From positions 11,960 through 75,959 of the forward strand of contig CAVRTZ010000026.1 of assembly GCA_963724215.1 (NCBI GenBank): 64,000 nucleotides of DNA. The letters are read 5' to 3'. A program made the translations under genes and the position numbers. Under the pieces are notes generated by a model. That model ran no database searches, was not told the DNA's origin, and saw only the letters and a list, made by a program, of their open reading frames with translations. This document shows positions 30,831-40,500 of the stretch, piece after piece. The number at the start of each line of letters is the position of its first letter. The stretch's first letter is position 1. Source of the DNA: an uncultured Ignavibacteria bacterium. GTDB taxonomy: Bacteria; Bacteroidota; Ignavibacteria; UBA10030; SZUA-254.

Positions 30831-30869
30831 ATCCGCCCGCAGGGCGAAACCGGCGGGCGGATTTTTTTT
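30831..30869 (+). terminator. Rho-independent terminator downstream of icd
   Basis: Perfect 10-bp GC-rich stem ATCCGCCCGC / GCGGGCGGAT (30831-30840 / 30853-30862), a 12-nt loop and then a T8 run (30862-30869). It starts 65 nt after the icd stop, between convergent genes. Confidence 0.7.
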
Positions 30870-30924
30870 ACCACGATCCCGGCCCGCGGGAGGATGTCGT
30901 CCCCTCCCGTGGCCCGTCACACCG

Positions 30925-33900
30925 TTACTTCACGAGCAGCATCTTCATGTTCCTGGTGAACGCCTGCCCGTCTGTTCCCTGGACCCTGAAGTTGTAGAAA
31001 TAGGCGCCCGTCGGCAGCGCGGAGGCGTTGAATTCGACGGCGTGGTAGCCCGCCGCCGTCGCCTCGCGAGAGATCGGGGTCGCCACCGCTTCGCCCAGCA
31101 CGTTGTACACCGTCAGGGACACGACCCCGTCGACGGGGAGCGAGAACCTGATCGTCGTCGTGGGGTTGAACGGATTCGGATAGTTCTGGTCGAGCGCGTA
31201 GGCCAGCGGCAACCCGACTTCGGCGATCGAGTACCGTTTCCCTTCAACGACGCTCAGCGTGACCGACTTGCCGTCGCTCAGCGTGTGTGTCGCGGTGACG
31301 GTCGCGCCGGTTTTCTCGACGAGGGCGAGCGCACCGGAGCCGTTGCCGGACAACGATGCCGTGACGCGAATCTCGCCTGTCACGCCCTGCACCATGATCG
31401 GCAGCTCCTTCCCGGAACCCTTCGTGAGGGCTTCGGCGAACCGGTTCGACGAGAACCGGATGTCGAACGCGCCCGCGGGCGGGGCCGGCGGAAGCTCGAA
31501 GAGCCCGCTTCCGACCTTCGCGTTTTCATCGCCGCCGATGTAGAGCGTCGCCGCCTGCCCCTCGGTCCCCGGGACCGTGAAGGTGATCGCATCCATGCCG
31601 GCGGAGACCGCGCCGTCCTCGTCACCGGGCACGACCGGGACCGTCCGCGGCGTGTTCCTCACGTCCAGCACGATGGTGCCGGCGCTCGAGGCCTTGACCC
31701 AGTAGGCCCGGCCCGGCTGGAGCGTGTCGCTCGAACCGTAACCCGAGACCCCGTTGAACGCGAAGTAATTGGAGGTCACCAGCCCGCCGACGCTCTGGGC
31801 GACGGCCGTCTTCGGCATCGGGTAGGCGGTCGTGCCGATCAGGTTCCATCCCTGGTTCAGCGGGATGGTGTCGGTCAGGACCGGCGTACCGGTCATCGAC
31901 ACGGTCGCGGCGGGGGGGAATTTCAACCAGTATCCCGTGCCGGTGATGAAGGTGTCGCGGGACGTATAACCGGTCGGCGGCGGCAGGTATGCGAACGCGT
32001 TCGAGATCGATTGGGGATAGAGCGCGCCCTTCGATGGATTGGCGACCGCCAGCGGGAGACTGAGCATGTTCCAGCCGGAGAGCACCGTCGGTTCGAAGGT
32101 CACGATGAGAGAAAACTCGTCGGCGCCGATGTCGGGGGTGTTAGCGTCCCTCGGTTCCCCGTCAAGATCGTCCGTCACCGAGGCGAGGGGTGTCGCAGCG
32201 CTGTCGAGTTGCGGGTTCAGGACGTGGAGGTTCGTCGCCGAGTAGAACACCGGGTTGACAGAGACCGAGCTCGCCTCCTTGCCGCCCGCCGATTGCAACG
32301 CCGACAGATTGGCCATGTTGCCGTTCCAGTATGCGAGGTTGGTCCCCGACGCATAGAGGTCGTTGTAATCCGAAGTGGCGATGCCGGCCGCAGCGGTGGC
32401 GTCGACGTAGAGGGCGTAACCGCCGCCCGGGTTGGCGAAGACGTTGTTGACGAAGTTTGTACTGGTGGTGGTGCCGGTGACGTAGAGGGCAATCCCAGAG
32501 TTGACGTTGGAACCGGTGATGTTGACGCTGTTGAAGTAGATGTCCTGGTACGTCGAGTAATACAGGGTGATGCCGTAGGCCCCGCCGCCGCCGCCGACCT
32601 GGATCATGTTGTTGGAGATGTTGCCGCGGGGCGTTGAGGTCCCGGTGCCGCCGTCGCAGAAGTAGAGGTAGATGCCGTAGCCGGTGGAGACCGAGAACCG
32701 GTTCTTCTGGACCTGGAGGGCGGCGTCGCAGTACTGGAGCTCGGCGCCGCGGTCGGCGTCGGGTCCGGCGCCGATGTTGCCGTTGACCCTGGCGCCGGAC
32801 TGGTTCTCCAGGAACACGTAGCCGTAGCCCTGGTTGGCGAAGGCGTTGTTGTTGACCCGGGTGCCGGAGGAGAGCAGCGCGGTGCTGTAGCCGGTGATCT
32901 GGACGGCCCACGAACCGTTGTTGAAGGTGTTGCCGTTGACGACGCGGCTGGTGTAGAGCGAGGCCGGTCCGTAGACCAGGGTCTGGTTGGCGCTGGAGCT
33001 GTTGGTGATGGTGCCGGTGATGGTGTTCCCCTCGACCCTGGCGTCCTCGACGCCGCCGGCGAAGTAGACGACGGTGGCGTAGGTGGAGTTGGGGACGCTG
33101 TTGGCGGCGAGGGTCAGGTTCTGGATGCGGACGTAGTCGGCGCCGTACAGCAAGATGACGTAGTTGTCCGACGCTCCGGCCGCGGCATAGTAGACGGTCA
33201 CCGTCGAGGGATCACCGGATTGCGAGGTGAACGTCACCGTATTCGTCGCGGAAGCCCCCGGGACCGGCGTGAGGGTGAAGTGAGTATTGTAGGTGCCCGG
33301 TTGCACCTCGAATGTGACCGCGGCGGAGACGCCCTTGAGCAGGAGGTCATTGACGGCCGCGGTGAAGGTGGCGTAGTCGCCCCCCGAGCCGATGGTATAG
33401 GCGCCGGCGAGCGGGGTGGTGCTCGAGGGCGCGGCGGTGAACTCGTCGGCGCCGATGTCGTGGGGCGCCGAGCGCGCGCCGCCGTCGTAGTCGGTCGAGA
33501 TGGCGGGGCTCACCGCGGTGCCGGCCCCGTCGAGCCAGGGGGAGACCGAGTGCAGGTCGGTCGCGGAGGTGAACGACGGATAGACCGAGATGCTCGAGGC
33601 GTCCTTGAGCGAGGCGGCCTGCAGGTCGGAGAGCATCGGGTACGATGTCGCCCCCCAGTAGCCGATGAAGTTGCCGACGGTGTACAGGTCGTTGTAATCG
33701 GAGGTGGTGATGCCGGCCGCGGCGGTGGCGTCGACGTAGACGGCGTAACCGCCGCCCGGGTTGGCGAAGACGTTGTTGACGACGTTGACGCTGGTGGTGG
33801 TGCCGGTGGCGTAGAACCCCAGGCCCGAGGTGACGTTGGAACTGGTGATGTTGACGCTGTTGAAGTAGACGTCCTGGTACGTCGAGTAATACAGGGTGAT

Positions 33901-36900
33901 GCCGTAGGCCCCGCCGCCGCCGCCGACCTGGAGCATGTTGTTGGAGACGTTGCCGCGCGGGGTGGGCAGGCCTGTGCCGCCGTCGCAGAAGTAGAGGTAG
34001 ATGCCGTAGCCGGTGGAGACCGAGAACCGGTTCTTCTGGACCTGGAGGGCGGCGTCGCAGTACTGGAGCTCGGCGCCGCGGTCGGCGTCGGGTCCGGTGC
34101 CGGTGTTGCCGTTGACCCTGGCGCCGGACTGGTTCTCCAGGAACACGTAGCCGTAGCCCTGGTTGGTGAAGGTGTTGTTGTTCACCTGGGTGCCGGAGGA
34201 GAGCAGCGCGGTGCTGTAGCCGGTGATCTGGACGGCCCACGACCCGTCGTTGAACGTGTTGCCGTTGACGACGCGGCTGGTGTAGAGCGAGGCCGGTCCG
34301 TAGACCAGGGTCTGGTTGGCGCTGGAGCTGTTGGTGATGGTGCCGATGATGGTGTTCCCCTCGACCCTGGCGCCCTCGACGCCGCCGGCGAAGTAGACGA
34401 CGGTGGCGTAGGTGGAGTTGGGGACGCTGTTGGCGGCGAGGGTCAGGTTCTGGATGCGGACGTAGTCGGCGCCGTACAGCAAGACGACGTAGTTGTCCGA
34501 CGCTCCGGCCGCGGCGTAGTAGACGATGACGTCAGAGGCGATGCCGGACTGGGAGGTGAAGGTGATCGTATTGGTGCTCGAGGCCCCCGGGACCGGCGTG
34601 AGCGAAAAGTGTTCGAGGTACGTGTCGGAGATGACGTTGAACGTGACCGCGGCGGAGACGCCCTTGAGCAGGAGGTCATTGACGGCCGCGGTGAAGGTGG
34701 CGTAGTTTCCGCCCGAGCCGATGGTATAGGCGCCGGCGAGCGGGGTGGTGCTCGAGGGCGCGGCGGTGAACTCGTCGGCGCCGATGTCGTGGGGCGCCGA
34801 GCGCGCGCCGCCGTCGTAGTCGGTCGAGATGGCGGGGCTCACCGCGGTGCCGGCCCCGTCGAGCCAGGGGGAGACCGAGTGCAGGTCGGTCGCGGAGGTG
34901 AACGACGGATAGACCGAGATGCTCGAGGCGTCCTTGAGCGAGGCGGCCTGCAGGTCGGAGAGCATCGGGTACGATGTCGCCCCCCAGTAGCCGATGAAGT
35001 TGCCGACGGTGTACAGGTCGTTGTAATCGGAGGTGGTGATGCCGGCCGCGGCGGTGGCGTCGACGTAGACGGCGTAACCGCCGCCCGGGTTGGCGAAGAC
35101 GTTGTTGACGACGTTGACGCTGGTGGTGGTGCCGGTGGCGTAGAACCCCAGGCCCGAGGTGACGTTGGAACTGGTGATGTTGACGCTGTTGAAGTAGACG
35201 TCCTGGTACGTCGAGTAATACAGGGTGATGCCGTAGGCCCCGCCGCCGCCGCCGACCTGGAGCATGTTGTTGGAGACGTTGCCGCGCGGGGTGGGCAGGC
35301 CGGTCCCGCCGTCGCAGAAGTAGAGGTAGATGCCGTAGCCGGTGGAGACCGAGAACCGGTTCTTCTGGACCTGGAGGGCGGCGTCGCAGTACTGGAGCTC
35401 GGCGCCGCGGTCGGCGTCGGGTCCGGTGCCGGTGTTGCCGTTGACCCTGGCGCCGGACTGGTTCTCCAGGAACACGTAGCCGTAGCCCTGGTTGGTGAAG
35501 GTGTTGTTGTTCACCTGGGTGCCGGAGGAGAGCAGCGCGGTGCTGTAGCCGGTGATCTGGACGGCCCACGACCCGTCGTTGAACGTGTTGCCGTTGACGA
35601 CGCGGCTGGTGTAGAGCGAGGCCGGTCCGTAGACCAGGGTCTGGTTGGCGCTGGAGCTGTTGGTGATGGTGCCGATGATGGTGTTCCCCTCGACCCTGGC
35701 GCCCTCGACGCCGCCGGCGAAGTAGACGACGGTGGCGTAGGTGGAGTTGGGGACGCTGTTGGCGGCGAGGGTCAGGTTCTGGATGCGGACGTAGTCGGCG
35801 CCGTACAACAAGACGACGTAGTTGTCCGACGCTCCGGCCGCGGCGTAGTAGACGATGACGTCAGAGGCGATGCCGGACTGGGAGGTGAAGGTGATCGTAT
35901 TGGTGCTCGAGGCCCCCGGGACCGGCGTGAGCGAAAAGTGTTCGAGGTACGTGTCGGAGATGACGTTGAACGTGACCGCGGCGGAGACGCCCTTGAGCAG
36001 GAGGTCATTGACGGCCGCGGTGAAGGTGGCGTAGTTTCCGCCCGAGCCGATGGTATAGGCGCCGGCGAGCGGGGTGGTGCTCGAGGGCGCGGCGGTGAAC
36101 TCGTCGGCGCCGATGTCGTGGGGCGCCGAGCGCGCGCCGCCGTCGTAGTCGGTCGAGATGGCGGGGCTCACCGCGGTGCCGGCCCCGTCGAGCCAGGGGG
36201 AGACCGAGTGCAGGTCGGTCGCGGAGGTGAACGACGGATAGACCGAGATGCTCGAGGCGTCCTTGAGCGAGGCGGCCTGCAGGTCGGAGAGCATCGGGTA
36301 CGATGTCGCCCCCCAGTAGCCGATGAAGTTGCCGACGGTGTACAGGTCGTTGTAATCGGAGGTGGTGATGCCGGCCGCGGCGGTGGCGTCGACGTAGACG
36401 GCGTAACCGCCGCCCGGGTTGGCGAAGACGTTGTTGACGACGTTGACGCTGGTGGTGGTGCCGGTGGCGTAGAACCCCAGGCCCGAGGTGACGTTGGAAC
36501 TGGTGATGTTGACGCTGTTGAAGTAGACGTCCTGGTACGTCGAGTAATACAGGGTGATGCCGTAGGCCCCGCCGCCGCCGCCGACCTGGAGCATGTTGTT
36601 GGAGACGTTGCCGCGCGGGGTGGGCAGGCCTGTCCCGCCGTCGCAGAAGTAGAGGTAGATGCCGTAGCCGGTGGAGACCGAGAACCGGTTCTTCTGGACC
36701 TGGAGGGCGGCGTCGCAGTACTGGAGCTCGGCGCCGCGGTCGGCGTCGGGTCCGGTGCCGGTGTTGCCGTTGACCCTGGCGCCGGACTGGTTCTCCAGGA
36801 ACACGTAGCCGTAGCCCTGGTTGGTGAAGGTGTTGTTGTTCACCTGGGTGCCGGAGGCGAGCACGGCGGTGCTCGTGCCGGTGATCTGCACACCCCAGGA

Positions 36901-37491
36901 GCCGTCGGTGAGGGTGTTGCCGCTGATCTCGATGTTGTCGACGGATGATGCCGGGGAGTAGATCAGGGCCTGGTTGGCGCTGCTGCTGGCCGTGGGAAAC
37001 CCGGTGATCTGGTTGTCGAGGATCCGGTCGTTATCGGCGTCACCCGTGATGTTGAAGGCGATGGCGTACGTTGAACCGCTCGCGGAGCTGACCGTCAGGT
37101 CCCGGAACGTGACGTAATCGGCACCATTGAGCTGCACGACATAGTTGTTCCCCGACGTCGGGGTGAAGTAGAGGGTGACGTCGGCCGGATTGCCCGAATT
37201 CGATTGAAACGTGATCGTGTTCGTGGAATTCGCCCCCGTGATCGCCGGGATGGTAATCTGCTCGTTGTAGGTCCCGTTGAAGACGTTGAACGTGACCGCC
37301 CCCGACACGCCGCTCGTCGTGAGGGCCGTGACGGCCGCCGAGAATGAGGCGTAATTCCCACCGGATCCGATGGTGTACGTCCCGGAGAGCTGTGCGTTGG
37401 ACGCCGAAGGAGTGCAGAGCAGGAGCAGCGCGAACGCGATGAGTGCTCCAACGTTCACGGTGCGGCGACGATCGAGTGACGGACGAATCAT
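30925..37491 (-). CDS. Giant T9SS cargo protein (2188 aa): signal peptide, four tandem ~441-443-aa parallel-beta-helix-like units, shared C-terminal cassette, Por-secretion tail
   Basis: The ATG at 37491 is preceded by AGGAGG. The signal peptide is MIRPSLDRRRTVNVGALIAFALLLLCTPSASNAQ. Units begin L(S/A)G(T/A)YTIGSGG and end DIGADEF. The C-terminus is LDQNYPNPFNPTTTIRFSLP...GAYFYNFRVQGTDGQAFTRNMKMLLVK. The 26 upstream codons of the track ORF are unlikely to be coding. Confidence 0.8.
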   Translation of the reverse strand: MIRPSLDRRRTVNVGALIAFALLLLCTPSASNAQLSGTYTIGSGGNYASFSAAVTALTTSGVSGAVTFNVFNGTYNEQITIPAITGANSTNTITFQSNSGNPADVTLYFTPTSGNNYVVQLNGADYVTFRDLTVSSASGSTYAIAFNITGDADNDRILDNQITGFPTASSSANQALIYSPASSVDNIEISGNTLTDGSWGVQITGTSTAVLASGTQVNNNTFTNQGYGYVFLENQSGARVNGNTGTGPDADRGAELQYCDAALQVQKNRFSVSTGYGIYLYFCDGGTGLPTPRGNVSNNMLQVGGGGGAYGITLYYSTYQDVYFNSVNITSSNVTSGLGFYATGTTTSVNVVNNVFANPGGGYAVYVDATAAAGITTSDYNDLYTVGNFIGYWGATSYPMLSDLQAASLKDASSISVYPSFTSATDLHSVSPWLDGAGTAVSPAISTDYDGGARSAPHDIGADEFTAAPSSTTPLAGAYTIGSGGNYATFTAAVNDLLLKGVSAAVTFNVISDTYLEHFSLTPVPGASSTNTITFTSQSGIASDVIVYYAAAGASDNYVVLLYGADYVRIQNLTLAANSVPNSTYATVVYFAGGVEGARVEGNTIIGTITNSSSANQTLVYGPASLYTSRVVNGNTFNDGSWAVQITGYSTALLSSGTQVNNNTFTNQGYGYVFLENQSGARVNGNTGTGPDADRGAELQYCDAALQVQKNRFSVSTGYGIYLYFCDGGTGLPTPRGNVSNNMLQVGGGGGAYGITLYYSTYQDVYFNSVNITSSNVTSGLGFYATGTTTSVNVVNNVFANPGGGYAVYVDATAAAGITTSDYNDLYTVGNFIGYWGATSYPMLSDLQAASLKDASSISVYPSFTSATDLHSVSPWLDGAGTAVSPAISTDYDGGARSAPHDIGADEFTAAPSSTTPLAGAYTIGSGGNYATFTAAVNDLLLKGVSAAVTFNVISDTYLEHFSLTPVPGASSTNTITFTSQSGIASDVIVYYAAAGASDNYVVLLYGADYVRIQNLTLAANSVPNSTYATVVYFAGGVEGARVEGNTIIGTITNSSSANQTLVYGPASLYTSRVVNGNTFNDGSWAVQITGYSTALLSSGTQVNNNTFTNQGYGYVFLENQSGARVNGNTGTGPDADRGAELQYCDAALQVQKNRFSVSTGYGIYLYFCDGGTGLPTPRGNVSNNMLQVGGGGGAYGITLYYSTYQDVYFNSVNITSSNVTSGLGFYATGTTTSVNVVNNVFANPGGGYAVYVDATAAAGITTSDYNDLYTVGNFIGYWGATSYPMLSDLQAASLKDASSISVYPSFTSATDLHSVSPWLDGAGTAVSPAISTDYDGGARSAPHDIGADEFTAAPSSTTPLAGAYTIGSGGDYATFTAAVNDLLLKGVSAAVTFEVQPGTYNTHFTLTPVPGASATNTVTFTSQSGDPSTVTVYYAAAGASDNYVILLYGADYVRIQNLTLAANSVPNSTYATVVYFAGGVEDARVEGNTITGTITNSSSANQTLVYGPASLYTSRVVNGNTFNNGSWAVQITGYSTALLSSGTRVNNNAFANQGYGYVFLENQSGARVNGNIGAGPDADRGAELQYCDAALQVQKNRFSVSTGYGIYLYFCDGGTGTSTPRGNISNNMIQVGGGGGAYGITLYYSTYQDIYFNSVNITGSNVNSGIALYVTGTTTSTNFVNNVFANPGGGYALYVDATAAAGIATSDYNDLYASGTNLAYWNGNMANLSALQSAGGKEASSVSVNPVFYSATNLHVLNPQLDSAATPLASVTDDLDGEPRDANTPDIGADEFSLIVTFEPTVLSGWNMLSLPLAVANPSKGALYPQSISNAFAYLPPPTGYTSRDTFITGTGYWLKFPPAATVSMTGTPVLTDTIPLNQGWNLIGTTAYPMPKTAVAQSVGGLVTSNYFAFNGVSGYGSSDTLQPGRAYWVKASSAGTIVLDVRNTPRTVPVVPGDEDGAVSAGMDAITFTVPGTEGQAATLYIGGDENAKVGSGLFELPPAPPAGAFDIRFSSNRFAEALTKGSGKELPIMVQGVTGEIRVTASLSGNGSGALALVEKTGATVTATHTLSDGKSVTLSVVEGKRYSIAEVGLPLAYALDQNYPNPFNPTTTIRFSLPVDGVVSLTVYNVLGEAVATPISREATAAGYHAVEFNASALPTGAYFYNFRVQGTDGQAFTRNMKMLLVK
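32089..37389 (-). repeat. Coding tandem array of four units with period 1329 nt (443 aa)
   Basis: Unit N-termini (the Leu codon of LxGxYTIGSGG) fall at 37389, 36069, 34740 and 33411. Units 2 and 3 are identical at protein level. Unit 4 (32089-33411) is diverged. Confidence 0.85.
33383..36857 (-). repeat. Near-identical core of the array: 2.6 copies of the 1329-nt period
   Basis: Manual alignment at offset +1329 found only three differences between the two full copies: 33973 t/g, 33976 g/c and 34479 g/a, all synonymous. Identity breaks at 33378-33382 on the left and at 36858 on the right. Off-frame track ORFs duplicate exactly (33347-34240 = 34676-35569; 34443-34679 = 35772-36008). Confidence 0.85.
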
Positions 37492-37596
37492 GACAACCTC
37501 CTGAATAAGAATGTGAGTGATGTGAAGAATATTATTCCGGTCCTGCCGGTGGAACAGTGCGGTTTCCACCGCCGAAGCCGTTGAGAGTCGTGAGTG

Positions 37597-40500
37597 CTAT
37601 TTTAGGAGCAACATTTTTCCGGTGTGCGAGCGGCCGTCGAACGTGAGACGGTAATAATAGATGCCGCTCGCGCGCGATGACGCGTTCCAGCTGTGGCTGT
37701 GTTCGCCAGCCGCCTCCGGTTCGTCTGCAAGGACGGCGACCTCCCGTCCAAGATTGTCGTGGACCGAAAGCCGGACGCGGGCCGCCCGGGGAAGCGAATA
37801 CGCGATTGTCGTGACGGGATTGAACGGGTTGGGGTAGTTCTGCGCCAACCGGAACTCTCCCGGCGCCCCGCCTCCGTCCTTCACCCCGCGGCCGAGAGTC
37901 ATTCCCTCCGGAGCGGCCTCCAGGAGGATCGTTCCCTGACCGGTAAGATCGGCAAGAAATCGGTCTCCGTCAAGGAGAAAATATCCGCTGCCGGGCTCAC
38001 CGACCGACCAGGCCAGCCGGACGGGTGCGCTGAGTCGATGGAGGAGGATCTTTCTTCTCCCGGGATTCGTGTCATCACCGTTGAAAAATTCGGCAATCCC
38101 GCCCGAAGCGAATCTGATATCCGCGGCCCCGCCGGGCGCCCCCGGGGGAAGTTCCATCGTAAACCGCCGATCCGGGGCCGGGCCGGAAGAAAAGTACAGC
38201 CTCTGCGAATACCCGGCGGCGTCCGTCATCGTGATCGAATTCATCTCCGGTGCCGGGGCGCGGCCGGGACCCAGCGTCGTTCCGGGGAACCCGACCGACG
38301 ACAGCACGATCGATCCCGCCGATCCGGCCTTCACCCAGTAACCCCGACCGGGGATGATCGTGTCTGCGACCGTGTATCCCTTCCGATACCCGTAGATGAG
38401 CGATGAGAGGAGTCCGGGCGGACGTTCGATGACACCGTCGACCGGCACCGGGTGCGAAATGGACCCGATCATGTTCCATCCCGGGAGCAGGTTGACGGAA
38501 TCGGTGAGGACGGACTCTCCCGTGAGGTCGGTGAACTCGGGGCCGTTGAACTTCAACCAGAAACTGATCCCGTTCGAGAGCGTATCGCGGACGGAGTAAC
38601 CGTTCGCGTAGGCGTAGGCTCGCGAAACGGAGGTCGGAAAGAGAGAATCCTTCAGGAAGTCGTCCGGCCGGACCGGCACGGAGACCATGTTCCATCCGCC
38701 CAGGAGGTCCGGGTCCACGACGATCGTGAACGGCGCGAGGCCGGAGTCCGCGGGCGACCCGCCGGCCGCATTGCTGATCTTCACCACCCCCTCGTCGGTA
38801 TCGATCGCCGGCACCGTCCAGTCGAAATGCCCCGCGGCGGCCGCGACGTTGTCAGCGATGAGGCTCCATCCGGCCCCCCCGTTGCTCGAAAACTCGATCC
38901 GGACCAGCGAGGTGTATTCCTGCGACCACCGGATCCGTTCCACCTGGCCGGCGACGAGCACCTCGTTCCCCACGGGATAGATGAGGGACAGCGCCGAGAA
39001 CCTCGGGAGCCGGCGCTGGTAGACGCCGTTCCCGAACGTAGCGGCTCGCAGCGCGTCGTTGCCCCGTGAAACGGTGAGGTCGAGGACCATCGCGTCGGGC
39101 ATGCCCTCGGCGTACGCGCTCCAGTTCGCGCCGCCGTCGCTGCTCTGGAAGATCCCGAGGTCCGTCCCGACATAGAGATACTCCGGATAGACCGGGTCGA
39201 CCGCGATGCACTGGTGCGGAAGGTCGGGAAGGTTCGCGCTGACGTCGGTCCAGGAGGCGCCGAGGTTCGTCGTCCTGAAGACGTGCGGCGTCCCGTACCC
39301 GGAGTACGTCAGGTACGCCCTCCGGCTGTCGGAGGGGTCGAATTCAATGTCCGTCGGATACCGGTTGGGGAGCGGCCCCGTGACGTTCGTCCAGGCTCCG
39401 CCGCCGTTGGAGGATGAGAAGATCTGGAAGAGCGGGTTGCCGCCGAAGGCCCCGGAGCCTGTCCCCGCCAGGAGCGTATCGGAACTCGTCCACGAGACGC
39501 CGATGCAGGCGACGGTGGTGCCGTTGAGCGACGGGGCCCCGTTCGCCGCGGACCACGAACCGCCCTGGTTGGTGGTCTTGTAGACGTTCCGGCTGCCGGC
39601 GTAGAGGACCTGCGGCTCCGACGGCGAGATCACGAAGGGTGGTATGAAATTCCAGTCCGACTGACTGCCCGGCAGACCGACGGTCACCTGCGAGAACGAG
39701 CTGCCCCCGAGATAGGACCGGACGATTCTCCCGTACTGGGTCTCGGCGTACACCGTGTTCTTGTTCGTCGGGTCGATCGCGCACCACCCGCCGTCTCCGC
39801 CCCAGACGGGGATCCAGGAGGGTCCACCGACGTACTTCAACGTGCCGTTGTCCTGGAGGCCGCCCAGGGCGATCGTCGAGTCGTCCGCCGCGTTCGCGAA
39901 CCCGGGATAGAACTGCGTGGTGAGGAATCCCGCGTTGAGGTTGATGAACGTGGTACCGTTGTCGGTGGTCTTGTACATCCCGCCGTCGGTTCCGAAGTAG
40001 ACGGTCCCCGGGTCGGAGGGATCGAACGTGATGGCGTGGTGGTCGACGTGGACCGACCCGGAGGAGATCGCCGGCAGGTTCGTGCCGCTATTGGAGGTTT
40101 TATGGATGTCGAATCCCGCGCAGTAGACCGTTGCGGGGTCGGAAGGGTGGACCGCGACCACGTTGTCGTACCACCCCTGCGAGCCCACGTAGTTGGTCGA
40201 GCTCTTCAGGGCCCAGGAGAGCCCCCCGTCGGTGGACTTGTAGAGGCCGATGATCTGTGAGCTCGAGCCGTTGGAGACGCCGGCGTACACCACGTCGGGG
40301 TTGGAGCGGGAGATGCTCAACGACGCCCTTCCGAAATTCGATGAGGGAAGCCCGCCCTCGAGCTTCGTCCAGGAGCCCCCCCCGTCGAAGGTCATGTACA
40401 GTCCCGGATTGGCCGTCGAGTTCAGGTTGCCGTGCGACGATATGAGGATGGTCGTGTCCGCCGGATTGATCACCAGGTCCATCGCCATCAGTTCGGGATT

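Noticed and set aside
33220-36948. A 1242-aa plus-strand ORF, plus repeated 297-aa and 78-aa minus-strand off-frame ORFs, covering the tandem array
   Set aside because: It is antisense or off-frame to a gene with a signal peptide, clear domain repeats and a T9SS tail. Its translation is low-complexity Gly/Arg/Asp/Val, typical of GC-rich non-coding frames. Its periodicity simply mirrors the 1329-nt DNA repeat.
32089-37389. The large direct repeats as a CRISPR array, an IS element or a duplicated mobile element
   Set aside because: The period is 1329 nt with no spacer structure. The repeats are in frame inside one ORF and there are no terminal inverted repeats or transposase or integrase genes.
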